Shown here in pieces: positions 27,695-36,425 of a DNA stretch of 64,000 nucleotides (the first letter of the stretch is position 1; each line of letters starts with the position of its first letter). Source of the DNA: Patescibacteria group bacterium (lineage in GTDB: Bacteria > Patescibacteriota > Minisyncoccia > Minisyncoccales > UBA10102); contig JANBVJ010000002.1 of assembly GCA_024239055.1 (NCBI GenBank), positions 3,874 through 67,873 of the forward strand, read 5' to 3'. The notes beneath the pieces are model-generated. The model was not told the origin of the DNA. It ran no database searches and saw only the letters and a list, made by a program, of their open reading frames with translations. The position numbers and the translations under genes were made by a program.

Positions 27695-27885
27695 TAATCA
27701 TCACTCCAAGTATAGTCATTAACTGAATCAGGATGATCTTCCTTCATGTGGGAATACAAATTTTGTTCATAGAACATTTTATCGCATTCTGGACATGATT
27801 CAAAACCTAATTCTTCTGATGTTGGATTTGGATCGATTATTCTTTTCAATTTTTTATATCCTCCTTTGATATACAATCTCCACAA
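27694..27885 (-). CDS. C2H2-type zinc-finger protein
   Basis: CPECDKMFYEQNLYSHMKEDH. Confidence 0.5.
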   Translation of the reverse strand: MWRLYIKGGYKKLKRIIDPNPTSEELGFESCPECDKMFYEQNLYSHMKEDHPDSVNDYTWSDD

Positions 27886-28006
27886 ATGTAATCCTCAGTC
27901 TTTGTGGACTTGAAAGCCATTGTAATGTGAGCATTACAAAGAGGACATTCTTCTCCATCTGTACTCCAAAATTCTTTGAAGTCACCAAAGTCACCAAAGT
28001 CATCAG

Positions 28007-28258
28007 TCATTTTTTCTTGCCTCCTTTTTTGAAAATTCTTACTGCTTCACAGTGGGAACAATCCTGTTTATTGAATTTCCAACCATCACATTCGCAGTAA
28101 AGATCGTACTTGTATTTTTTATCTGCAACTTTAACAGTGTAGTGTCCACCACTTGAGGATTGTACATAGAATATTTCTTTTGAATCTTCATCACGTTTTA
28201 CAAGTCCCTTTTTTACTAAAGACCTTGCTTTTTGAATTACACCTATTGATAGACTCAA
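28007..28258 (-). CDS. SWIM zinc-finger protein
   Basis: YCECDGWKFNKQDCSHCEAV matches the CxCx(n)CxH SWIM signature. Confidence 0.65.
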   Translation of the reverse strand: MSLSIGVIQKARSLVKKGLVKRDEDSKEIFYVQSSSGGHYTVKVADKKYKYDLYCECDGWKFNKQDCSHCEAVRIFKKGGKKK

Positions 28259-28512
28259 TTTGATCTCTCCTTTGATTCATATTCTAGAAATAGAATATCT
28301 TCTAATTCACCATCTTCAACTTCAAAACTTCTAAGTTTTTTCTTCAATAGACTTTCTACTGCAAGAATTCTTGAACCTTCTCTGTTGAATCTTCTTGATT
28401 CACGATCAATCTCTTCTTGAGTTAGTTCTTGATTAGCATGACCTGTCCAAGAATTACGTTCTCCATCGTGATTCTTATCATAAATAATTTCATACCAAGT
28501 CATTTTTACCAA
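28255..28512 (-). CDS. hypothetical protein
   Basis: 85-aa ORF. Confidence 0.4.
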   Translation of the reverse strand: MVKMTWYEIIYDKNHDGERNSWTGHANQELTQEEIDRESRRFNREGSRILAVESLLKKKLRSFEVEDGELEDILFLEYESKERSN

Positions 28513-28880
28513 GTCCTATACTTTGTTACCCTTTGAGGGTAGATTTCTGGATTATCAGGGTCACTCAAATTTCCTAAGACATCTTCAATCCATCTTACAG
28601 GTGGATTCATTTTCAGTCTTGGAATTGCAAACTTTGTAATGTCATCAATGTGAATGTAAAAGAACACATCGGATCTTCCTCCTGTTCCTTCAACGTTGTT
28701 TCCACTTTCATCTCTGTCAGGGAAAGTATGGATCACTTCGATGAATTTTACTCTGATCTTGTATTCTTTGAGCATGAATTCTTCGAACACTTTTTCCTCA
28801 CCTTTGTTTATGATTGTGCTTTGCCAAACGCAAACTTGTGTGAATGGATTGTCTTGTTTTGTTTTACTCAATTTTACCAA
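28506..28880 (-). CDS. hypothetical protein
   Basis: 124-aa ORF. Confidence 0.45.
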   Translation of the reverse strand: MVKLSKTKQDNPFTQVCVWQSTIINKGEEKVFEEFMLKEYKIRVKFIEVIHTFPDRDESGNNVEGTGGRSDVFFYIHIDDITKFAIPRLKMNPPVRWIEDVLGNLSDPDNPEIYPQRVTKYRTW

Positions 28881-29059
28881 CCTCTCTTATCAAGATGTAA
28901 TTCCTTGATTGTATTTTCTGCTTCTGTATCTCCGAACTTTTCTGCAATCTGACCCAAGACTATACCAATTATGTTATGTGAATACGGTTTGATGTCTATG
29001 TAAGGCATTTCCGTTCTGATTTGTGCTATGAGTTCTTCTTTTGTTTCACCTAAAGTCAA
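28874..29059 (-). CDS. hypothetical protein
   Basis: 61-aa ORF. Confidence 0.4.
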   Translation of the reverse strand: MTLGETKEELIAQIRTEMPYIDIKPYSHNIIGIVLGQIAEKFGDTEAENTIKELHLDKRGW

Positions 29060-29427
29060 TTTCTATTCCTCCATTCATGTCTAAAGTCTCCCCAAATATC
29101 ACAAATGTAATCAAATTCTTTTTCTGAGAAAAAGTGATTACCACCAAAAGATGATATGTTATACCAAACTTGCGATTCTATGAACTCTCGATAATACTTG
29201 TGAGGTTTTTCAAACAAGTACAATAGTTCCTTTGATTCTTGTAACTCATATTCTTCCCAAACCAAGTAACTTGCTACTTGTAAGACATTACCGTAATCTC
29301 CAAACCATTCCTTTTCTGGAAACTTTTCTTGCAACTCTTCTGCTACTGAAATTAATCCTTCAACAGAAAGATATTGAGATTTAGGATCATGTTCATCTGG
29401 ATGCTCATCTAATTCGTATTGACTCAA
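29056..29427 (-). CDS. hypothetical acidic protein
   Basis: 123-aa ORF. Confidence 0.45.
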   Translation of the reverse strand: MSQYELDEHPDEHDPKSQYLSVEGLISVAEELQEKFPEKEWFGDYGNVLQVASYLVWEEYELQESKELLYLFEKPHKYYREFIESQVWYNISSFGGNHFFSEKEFDYICDIWGDFRHEWRNRN

Positions 29428-29711
29428 TTTTCTGCCTCCCTTTTTGCTATATCTGCAAGAACTATTCTCTGGTTTAGTGCTCTTGTTCTGATTAAGTCAA
29501 CTTCTCTTCGCAAAACATTAATTGCTTCTGACAAGTGACCTATAGTGCTATCAATTTTAGCAAGACTTACTAATGTTTCTTGAGGACTCCTTTTTGGATT
29601 ACTACATAATCGCATTGCTTTGAATTCTGGATCTTTACAAACATCACAATCACAATCGGTTTGTCCATAAACTTCTTTAACACTTTCTGATCTTTCATCT
29701 TGTTGACTCAT
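29424..29711 (-). CDS. hypothetical protein
   Basis: 95-aa ORF with CDCDVC. Confidence 0.4.
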   Translation of the reverse strand: MSQQDERSESVKEVYGQTDCDCDVCKDPEFKAMRLCSNPKRSPQETLVSLAKIDSTIGHLSEAINVLRREVDLIRTRALNQRIVLADIAKREAEN

Positions 29712-30475
29712 TTCAATCTCTCCAATAGTTCTCTGACAGCAGTTGCATTCAGTTTTGCAAATCTAAGATTAAAGTCACCATCTGCTCTTTGTTGTAGTTC
29801 TATCTCTGTTCCATTGGGAATTGATTCCTTTTTGATGTTAAGATAGTTTCCTTCTCCCAATGAACTATAATGTGTTGTTTCTTTTCTACCGAACCCAAGT
29901 TTTTCTGCAAAGTCTGGAAATGATTTTGATAGTTTTTCTTGACTCTCCCTCTCCTTTACACCAATCAAATGATTTTCTCTATTTATTTTGAATCTTCTTT
30001 GGAGTTCTGTTACAAGTTCATTGAGGATTTCATCAAGTCTGTCAATATTTGTTGGTGTAACTCGTTTTTCAAGTTTCCTTGTTAGTCCCTCTTTACTGTA
30101 ATCGCTTCTTGAATTACCTACACTTAGTTTGATTGAAAGGAAACCATATTTGTAATCATAACCTCCCCTAATAGGAACAACATCTAATTTTTCAGATGTT
30201 GTAGAATATCCATCGGGAGAAACAGCACTTGTTTTACAAAAATTGAATTGTCCATTTCTGATTTTTTTCTTTGTATGACTACCATACATATCCTTAACTG
30301 TATAGATGTCAAAGTTAAACTCTATTTTTTCTTTTTTGTCGTTAAACAAATCTCTTACTTCAAGAGATAACTTTGGATCTAGTTGCAGGACTTTTTTCTT
30401 TATTTTTAGTAATACTGAACGAGTTTCGTCAATAGTCCAAGTCTGCAATTTTCTTTGTGTGTACAATCCAGTCAA
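29708..30475 (-). CDS. hypothetical protein
   Basis: 255-aa ORF. Confidence 0.45.
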   Translation of the reverse strand: MTGLYTQRKLQTWTIDETRSVLLKIKKKVLQLDPKLSLEVRDLFNDKKEKIEFNFDIYTVKDMYGSHTKKKIRNGQFNFCKTSAVSPDGYSTTSEKLDVVPIRGGYDYKYGFLSIKLSVGNSRSDYSKEGLTRKLEKRVTPTNIDRLDEILNELVTELQRRFKINRENHLIGVKERESQEKLSKSFPDFAEKLGFGRKETTHYSSLGEGNYLNIKKESIPNGTEIELQQRADGDFNLRFAKLNATAVRELLERLK

Positions 30476-30996
30476 TTTCTATCTCTCCTTTTTACTTCTG
30501 CATTTATGTCAAAAATAGATGTGTACGTTTCACTTTTTAGTACGTTTTCAATACTTTGAACTATACTATCGATTTCGTATGGCTTGAAGATAACTGCATT
30601 GACTTTTAATCTCACCAATTCTTTTTCTTCTTCAACACTGAATAATTCATCTCCTATCACTATGATTATCTTGGATTGTTGATCAAATTTTCTTATTGCT
30701 TTCAGAGCATCAAGTCCTTCAAAATACTTGTTATCAGGATCAGGCATGTGTAGATCAATAAGGATTACATCAGGTTTGTGTTCTTTGTATAACTCGACTG
30801 CTGTTCTTCCATCGAATCCTCTTGCAACAATATCAAAATCGTGGATAGATAGATATTCACAGAATACTCCAACGGTATCACGATCATCATCTATTACAAC
30901 TACTCTTGTATCAGTCAAAGTAACACCTTTAGATTTTTTTCTGCTTTGTCTAGAAGTTCGGTTAAGAGTGAGTTGTTTGAATTTACTTTCTTCCAA
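30472..30996 (-). CDS. stand-alone response-regulator receiver (CheY-like REC) domain protein
   Basis: VVVIDDD (acidic pocket), DVILIDLHMPD (phospho-acceptor Asp), IIIVIGD, AVIFKPY (conserved Lys). An alternative TTG start at 30918 would make a TTGA overlap with 30915..31139. Confidence 0.8.
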   Translation of the reverse strand: MEESKFKQLTLNRTSRQSRKKSKGVTLTDTRVVVIDDDRDTVGVFCEYLSIHDFDIVARGFDGRTAVELYKEHKPDVILIDLHMPDPDNKYFEGLDALKAIRKFDQQSKIIIVIGDELFSVEEEKELVRLKVNAVIFKPYEIDSIVQSIENVLKSETYTSIFDINAEVKRRDRN

Positions 30997-31139
30997 GTTG
31001 CTTTACAACTTGGGCTTCTGCATACACTAAGTCTGAATCCTGACATTGCTGTTTGACCCTTTGCTGTTGCTTGTTTTAGTTTATTTTCTGCAAGGCAGGG
31101 TTCACAAAGATTAATTTTCAATCCCACCAAAACCTCCAA
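30915..31139 (-). CDS. possible zinc-ribbon protein
   Basis: CEPC...CRSPSC; overlaps the tracked REC start by 82 nt, but only 4 nt if REC starts at TTG 30918. Confidence 0.35.
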   Translation of the reverse strand: MEVLVGLKINLCEPCLAENKLKQATAKGQTAMSGFRLSVCRSPSCKATWKKVNSNNSLLTELLDKAEKNLKVLL

Positions 31140-31597
31140 GTTCCATCTTCTTCTTGATGAAACTCATCAGGATGAATTTTGTCTCTTAATTTTTCTGCTT
31201 GTTCTTTTGTTGTTTTTAGATATATTGATTCCAGAGTAATTCTCTGATCATCTCTTCGTTCATCATCTTCGTTAATGAAATATCCACCAACAGTGCCTTT
31301 GTATTTTTTTGCCAAAGTCACCAATTTTTTTGCAGTTGGAGAATAATTCTGTGTGTCTTTTGGAGCAATATTTGGATAACCAGTCAATAGTTTCTCAGCA
31401 ATTTTTGTTGGAAGTCTTTCAAAGGTTCCATAGTCTGACTTGATTCCTAATGGATACTTTGCTCCAAATAGTGGTTTCAAAGCATGTTTACTGATGTAAA
31501 CGAATGGTGCAATCAAGTCTAGTCTTTGTTTTCCTATCTTACGGAATTTCTCTTCAAGATACTTTCCGTTTTCTAAACGACCTATTACAACACTCAT
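31118..31597 (-). CDS. hypothetical protein
   Basis: 159-aa ORF immediately downstream of the Ku-like gene. Confidence 0.45.
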   Translation of the reverse strand: MSVVIGRLENGKYLEEKFRKIGKQRLDLIAPFVYISKHALKPLFGAKYPLGIKSDYGTFERLPTKIAEKLLTGYPNIAPKDTQNYSPTAKKLVTLAKKYKGTVGGYFINEDDERRDDQRITLESIYLKTTKEQAEKLRDKIHPDEFHQEEDGTWRFWWD

Positions 31598-32367
31598 TAT
31601 TTTTTGCCTCCTACATCAAAGAATGAAGATTTTTTGGTTGCTTTCTTAACAAAGTCTTTTACTAACTTTCCTTCAATAGCCTTTTGAATATTTTTTGCAT
31701 ATTCATCTTGAATTGAAGCAACATCAACTATTTTTAATGAATCAATCCATTTCTTTGCTAATGCTTTTTCTTCTTTGCTGACTTTAACATCTACTTCTTC
31801 ATCAAGTTCGTTGATTACTTCCTGATATGGAATATCAAGTAATGCAATTGCGTGTCCTTCTGGTCTGAGTATTCCTAGTTTTTCTCTGCCTGACTTTGAT
31901 GTAGTATATTTTACAACTATGTCCTTTCCGTTTGATACTGCACTGTACAATATTTTGAATGCTTGTAATCCATCATCTTCATTCTCTGCAAGTGCTAATT
32001 CATCTTTGTTGAATTCTCTAGGTAGAATGTAACTGCCACCAATTGTAACTCTTGTATCTTCTTTTGGTCTTGCTCCAAGAATTTCTATTTTACTTACTTG
32101 TTTTTTTATGCTTTTCAATAATTCCTTATCGATAACTTTTCTTTCATCTGCTGAGTAAACAAATGCAGATAAAACTTCACCTGATGGAATTACTTTGCCA
32201 CAGTCAACATTTTTACAAACATCTTGTCTGCCTACATCGGATTCACAATGAGGGCATGTATTTGTGAATGGTGACTTGCTATAAGATGTCTTTACAAAAC
32301 TACAAAGTCTAATTGGAATATTCTTAGTTCCTAACTTGATTAACAGATTGAAATTTGTATGTACCAT
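31597..32367 (-). CDS. ku: Ku-like DNA end-binding protein
   Basis: Collinear with bacterial Ku as I recall it: LGTKNIPIRLCSF (cf. FGLVNVPVKVYSA), Cys-containing insert, KIEILGARP...GGSYILPRE (cf. IEVLEFV...RSYFLEPD), DIVVKYT...REKLGILRP, then a helical tail. Confidence 0.65.
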   Translation of the reverse strand: MVHTNFNLLIKLGTKNIPIRLCSFVKTSYSKSPFTNTCPHCESDVGRQDVCKNVDCGKVIPSGEVLSAFVYSADERKVIDKELLKSIKKQVSKIEILGARPKEDTRVTIGGSYILPREFNKDELALAENEDDGLQAFKILYSAVSNGKDIVVKYTTSKSGREKLGILRPEGHAIALLDIPYQEVINELDEEVDVKVSKEEKALAKKWIDSLKIVDVASIQDEYAKNIQKAIEGKLVKDFVKKATKKSSFFDVGGKK

Positions 32368-32705
32368 TATGAAAATACACCTCTTCGTGTTTGATAGTTT
32401 ACGTTACTTGCTAGTTCTTCTGTGATTTCATCATCTGCACCTGATTGGTCTTGGCTAATTCCACCTGACAATTTATTGATCAAGTCTGAAACGAGTAATT
32501 TGATTTGCTCAGTTTCAAGTGTGACACTTGTTTGAGTAGATTTTCCAAAAACGTCAGTTCCCTTTATGTGAAAGTTTACACCTTGTTTTTGAACACCAAC
32601 TTTGTTACTTCCTCTGCCAACTTGAGTGATTGATAAGAAACCGATTTTTTCTCCTGAATCATCATCTGTGTACTCATTTGCGAATGTGCGAATACCTGAT
32701 GACAT
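32367..32705 (-). CDS. hypothetical protein
   Basis: 112-aa ORF; GGAGG about 12 nt upstream of the ATG, inside the mini-uORF. Confidence 0.5.
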   Translation of the reverse strand: MSSGIRTFANEYTDDDSGEKIGFLSITQVGRGSNKVGVQKQGVNFHIKGTDVFGKSTQTSVTLETEQIKLLVSDLINKLSGGISQDQSGADDEITEELASNVNYQTRRGVFS

Positions 32706-32753
32706 TTAGATTTCTGCCTCCGATTGATTACGGACTTCATTATTGTGGTTCAT
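32706..32753 (-). CDS. mini upstream ORF (15 codons)
   Basis: MNHNNEVRNQSEAEI then TAA abutting the ATG of 32367..32705. Homologous in DNA and peptide to the N-terminus MNQKQDVRNQSEEEK of 21889..22050. Confidence 0.35.
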   Translation of the reverse strand: MNHNNEVRNQSEAEI

Positions 32754-32758
32754 GAAAA

Positions 32759-32774
32759 GACAGTAGTAGTAGTT
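32759..32774 (-). promoter_or_regulatory. conserved promoter-proximal module AACTACTACTACTGTC (copy 2) with TATA-like TTAAATGC
   Basis: Identical 16-mer; the first ATG is 5 nt downstream. Confidence 0.6.
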
Positions 32775-32889
32775 GCATTTAAGTCTGATCGCAATTTGAT
32801 TATGAATATAATGGACTGTTTGTGCATTTGCTCGCACAAATCAGGTCTTTAACGCTGGCACAGTCGTGGAGCAAGCAGGTCTCAAGTGA

Positions 32890-32899
32890 GACACGTACA
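32890..32899 (-). promoter_or_regulatory. GACACGTACA motif copy (intergenic)
   Basis: Exact 10-mer followed by cctctgattcaatgag; 9 nt past the stop of 32908..33165. Confidence 0.6.
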
Positions 32900-32907
32900 C
32901 CTCTGAT

Positions 32908-33165
32908 TCAATGAGAAAAAAACGGTATTACGCCTAAGTCCGAATCCTTGAATTGATACTCATATTTTATGTCAGTTGAAAACTTAATTCTTTTTGAATT
33001 TGATGGTTTGAATGGATATGTAGGACTGCCATATTTTTCCAAGTCTGAAAAATATTTTGAATCTAAATTGTGTTCAAATTTTTCGTGTATAGCAATAGAT
33101 AGTGATCCTTTACGGATTGCCTTACAGTAGGCACATTGAAACTTCCTTTTCCTTGAGTATTGCAT
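32908..33165 (-). CDS. C2H2-type zinc-finger protein
   Basis: FQCAYCKAIRKGSLSIAIHEKFEH. Confidence 0.5.
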   Translation of the reverse strand: MQYSRKRKFQCAYCKAIRKGSLSIAIHEKFEHNLDSKYFSDLEKYGSPTYPFKPSNSKRIKFSTDIKYEYQFKDSDLGVIPFFSH

Positions 33166-33221
33166 ATACCGTTCATCATAATTCGATTAACACCTGAATT
33201 CTTAAACTTTGTTTCACTTGT

Positions 33222-33231
33222 GACACGTACA
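33222..33231 (-). promoter_or_regulatory. GACACGTACA motif copy (intergenic, upstream of 32908..33165)
   Basis: cacttgt|GACACGTACA|tatcttaatca; about 15 nt upstream of TATA-like AAGTTTAAGAA on the coding strand. Confidence 0.6.
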
Positions 33232-33362
33232 TATCTTAATCAAAAATTTGGTATTTTCTAGCATCGACTTTGTGCTTACATTCACGATTTGAGCAAGTAA
33301 CATAAGTGTCACGTTTGGATTTTGTAATCCAAACACGATCACATTCAGGGCATTTGAGTTTC

Positions 33363-33599
33363 CTAGTGTCCAAATGTTGCTCCATATTTTCCATCTCCTG
33401 TAACAATTACTTTATTATTTTGGTGATCAAGTTTCTTGTAGAATTCATCAGCAAAACTCAGAATTTCACCATCTATTAGTTTGATCTCGTTTTCCTGTAG
33501 GTACTCAAAGATTCTGATACAGCATTCTTCTAATGCTAGATCTATCTCACTTAGAACTTCTTCCTTAGTTTTTTTCTCAGTCAATCTTGCATCTCCCAT
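33363..33599 (-). CDS. hypothetical acidic protein
   Basis: 78-aa ORF. Confidence 0.4.
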   Translation of the reverse strand: MGDARLTEKKTKEEVLSEIDLALEECCIRIFEYLQENEIKLIDGEILSFADEFYKKLDHQNNKVIVTGDGKYGATFGH

Positions 33600-33997
33600 T
33601 TTGCTTCTGAAACAATTTCTTGACAGTCACCACAAACATTTCCTTTGTCTCCATAATTTTCAAATGGAAGGCTACATACTCTACAAGTTATTTCTGTCAA
33701 AGTCCCACATCCTTTCCACCAAATAATGCATCAGTGAATTCCTTTGAATGTTCCTTTGTAAGATGTTCTGTAGAACCAACTCCATCTATTTTGAAATTTT
33801 CCATTATCTTATCACAGAAGGGACATTTTTCTCCGTTACCGATTGCGATCAATTTTTGATTACCTCTTTTATTTTCTTTGTGTATTTCTTACTGTAGTAT
33901 TCGCAACTACAAGTTCTAACGCTACACATGTAACCATGAGCACCATAATCCTTTCCATATTCATGTTCACTTCTCATGTGACCACATTTACAGACCA

Positions 33998-34198
33998 TTA
34001 CTTCTTCACCTCTTCAAAAAATCCCTTGATTACATTGTCTGGATTTGCTCTCAATGCTGGATCTTTATTACCAAATGATTTGTATATTATATCCATCATT
34101 CTAGGATGGAACTCATTCAAGTGATCATCAATTTCACTTTTCTTTATCACTTTACCACATGGTTTGTTTTTGCATCTTACTAACGTGTCTTTACTCAT
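33998..34198 (-). CDS. zinc-finger protein
   Basis: CKNKPCGK...H..FH. Confidence 0.4.
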   Translation of the reverse strand: MSKDTLVRCKNKPCGKVIKKSEIDDHLNEFHPRMMDIIYKSFGNKDPALRANPDNVIKGFFEEVKK

Positions 34199-34397
34199 TC
34201 TTTATCACTCCATAACTTTTAACGCCTTTATTATTGCAATATTTACATCCATTTCCTTCACATTCAAGACATCTATTTTGATTTTCTGAATCCCATCTCA
34301 TATCAGTACAAACACAATCAATAGGATCTGTTGGTTCATCACCATCATAGAAAATGTTCTGTTTTGCACCATTACAGATTTTACATGGAGTAGTCAA
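34191..34397 (-). CDS. cysteine-rich protein
   Basis: CKICNG...CVC...CLECEGNGCKYC. Confidence 0.45.
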   Translation of the reverse strand: MTTPCKICNGAKQNIFYDGDEPTDPIDCVCTDMRWDSENQNRCLECEGNGCKYCNNKGVKSYGVIKNE

Positions 34398-34825
34398 TTT
34401 CTACTCTCCTGTGGTTTGGTTTTTTCAATCCATTGATTGATTGCCTCAGTGATTGCAAATGATTCTTTACTTTGATATTTGATTCGTATTGACTTCATGA
34501 TTTTTGCATGTAAAACTTTACGTTTTTCAAGTGATTTCTGAATCCTTAATGGATTTTTTCTTGCATAAGAAAATTCTAGTGCTCTTCTTGTTTCTTCAAC
34601 TTCATCTGCATATTCCAATAACAACTTCAAATCAATTTTATGATTCTTAATAGTAATTTTTTCTGGTTTCATGGTGACGTTCTTTTCGTTTTTATGAACC
34701 CATCTTACTGTTCTTTGGTCTTTGTCACCACAGTCATCGCACTTTATTCCATCAGGAAAATTGTAGCAACCATCCTCTGGTTTGAATACATATCCACATA
34801 CTGAGCAGTTTGGATCTTTGCTCAA
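34394..34825 (-). CDS. zinc-ribbon protein
   Basis: CSVCGY...CDDCG at the N-terminus. Confidence 0.45.
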   Translation of the reverse strand: MSKDPNCSVCGYVFKPEDGCYNFPDGIKCDDCGDKDQRTVRWVHKNEKNVTMKPEKITIKNHKIDLKLLLEYADEVEETRRALEFSYARKNPLRIQKSLEKRKVLHAKIMKSIRIKYQSKESFAITEAINQWIEKTKPQESRN

Positions 34826-34907
34826 ATGAAAGTCACTCCTAGTCTTGCTACTTCTAATGAACCGTATGTGATTACAGTTATTGCAGTTAGAAAAAAAGAT
34901 GTGAGAA

Positions 34908-35225
34908 TCATTTTGTTTTTACCTCACTTATTGAGTGTATGACAAAGACCTCATTGAATTTTTCAATAATCTCTTCTATGTCTGTGCTTCGGAACTGAGA
35001 ATAGAAGTCAACATCAAAGTTGAAACTATCTCTTCCGTTCTTATTACTGATTTTTTCAGTAACAGATGAAACTTTGAATTCACCTTTTTGAAAAAGTCTG
35101 ATGACTTCAAGGTTGCGAGCATTGGTTGTAGCATCTTCAACGTTCTGCTTTACTTCTTTGCCTTCGAGTTTTATCGGTATCAACACACCATTGAAGGAAA
35201 TGGTTGCTTTGAATTTGGTTGTCAT
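34908..35225 (-). CDS. hypothetical protein
   Basis: 105-aa ORF. Confidence 0.4.
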   Translation of the reverse strand: MTTKFKATISFNGVLIPIKLEGKEVKQNVEDATTNARNLEVIRLFQKGEFKVSSVTEKISNKNGRDSFNFDVDFYSQFRSTDIEEIIEKFNEVFVIHSISEVKTK

Positions 35226-35977
35226 TGTTTTTGTCTCTCCTTCATCTCAACTATTGTTTTGTAAGTCCCTGCAATTTTGTCTTTGAGTGCCAAGATTTTA
35301 TCCAAGTTGAATTGGTATTTTCTTGCCTCATCTTCGTCATCTGAATACCTGTTGATTAATTCTGTAGCATCGACTGATTGTTTGTCTATTGCCTCAACGA
35401 TTCTGTGAATTCCTCTGATAGTCTTTTTAGGATCTTCTGCAACATCATCTGCCAAGTCCAACAATTTTCTGTGTGCACTTTCAAGATGTATTTCCATATC
35501 TTCGAATCTGTCAGTTAGAACCTTCTTGAATGCCTTTGAGACACCTTCGATTGATCTTGGACTTTCAAGATTGAATCCCATTACATGACAGTTGACATCT
35601 TCATCTTCTCCCCATGCTTTAAGAAATTCTTCTGCACCAGTAATATCCAAGTCCTTACCATCATTGTCTTTTACAACCTTTAGTGGCAAAAGATACAATG
35701 AATCGCTAAGATACATTGCTCCCATTCTCAGTAGTTTTTCTCTGAAACGGTTTCTTTTTGCGTTGCTTCTTTCTGAACTACTGTAGCCTCTTTGTTCTGC
35801 TATCTGTGCTTCTGTTCTGTTATGTTGATTTATGTATCTGATGTGTCTTGACCAGTTTCTTCCATGAATGTCGTATCCTACAAGTAGATACTTTGTAAGA
35901 AACTCACTCTTTGATAGTGAGATGGATTTGTCTTTCTCCATCTGTTCTATCAATTTTTCTACGGATTTAAGAGGCAA
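35222..35977 (-). CDS. hypothetical protein
   Basis: 251-aa ORF. Confidence 0.45.
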   Translation of the reverse strand: MPLKSVEKLIEQMEKDKSISLSKSEFLTKYLLVGYDIHGRNWSRHIRYINQHNRTEAQIAEQRGYSSSERSNAKRNRFREKLLRMGAMYLSDSLYLLPLKVVKDNDGKDLDITGAEEFLKAWGEDEDVNCHVMGFNLESPRSIEGVSKAFKKVLTDRFEDMEIHLESAHRKLLDLADDVAEDPKKTIRGIHRIVEAIDKQSVDATELINRYSDDEDEARKYQFNLDKILALKDKIAGTYKTIVEMKERQKQ

Positions 35978-35978
35978 T

Positions 35979-36425
35979 TTAGAGATGCTCCTTTGGATTA
36001 AATTCTTGTGCTTTGTTTATTGCACCTGTCTGTGTACAGAGTCTTTCAATCTCTTGTTTTGCAGAGTCGATTAACTGATGATAGTGTTTGTTTTCTGCTG
36101 TAAAGTCGCTGAACATTGCGTTGAAAATTTGACTTCCATTACCAAGTTTTGTGACCTTTAGATCGTACTTGGTTTGTTTCTCAAGTTTTTTCTTCTCTGT
36201 TTCACTGAGTTTCTTTCCTCTCTGTGCTTCTTCTCTTTCTACTGCTTTGAGATAAACTTCCTGACCTGCTGGTTTTTCAAGTTTCAATAATGCTTGTTGT
36301 TCTGCTCTTGTTCTTGCAAGTTTGTTTGGATAGTCAATGTAGACTGCAAGTTGTTTTTGAATTGCAGTTAATTCTTCTGACATTACGCTACCATCAAGGA
36401 ATGGATTGTCTTTCAATGCTCTCAT
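35979..36425 (-). CDS. hypothetical coiled-coil protein
   Basis: 148-aa ORF, K/E/Q-rich. Confidence 0.45.
   Translation of the reverse strand: MRALKDNPFLDGSVMSEELTAIQKQLAVYIDYPNKLARTRAEQQALLKLEKPAGQEVYLKAVEREEAQRGKKLSETEKKKLEKQTKYDLKVTKLGNGSQIFNAMFSDFTAENKHYHQLIDSAKQEIERLCTQTGAINKAQEFNPKEHL

Noticed and set aside
32780-32890. Slightly GC-richer intergenic stretches (32780-32890, 38215-38360, 41387-41575) examined for tRNA or small RNA genes
   Set aside because: I could not fold any into a cloverleaf with a conserved GTTC/T-loop and acceptor stem. No conserved duplicate elsewhere. Left unannotated.
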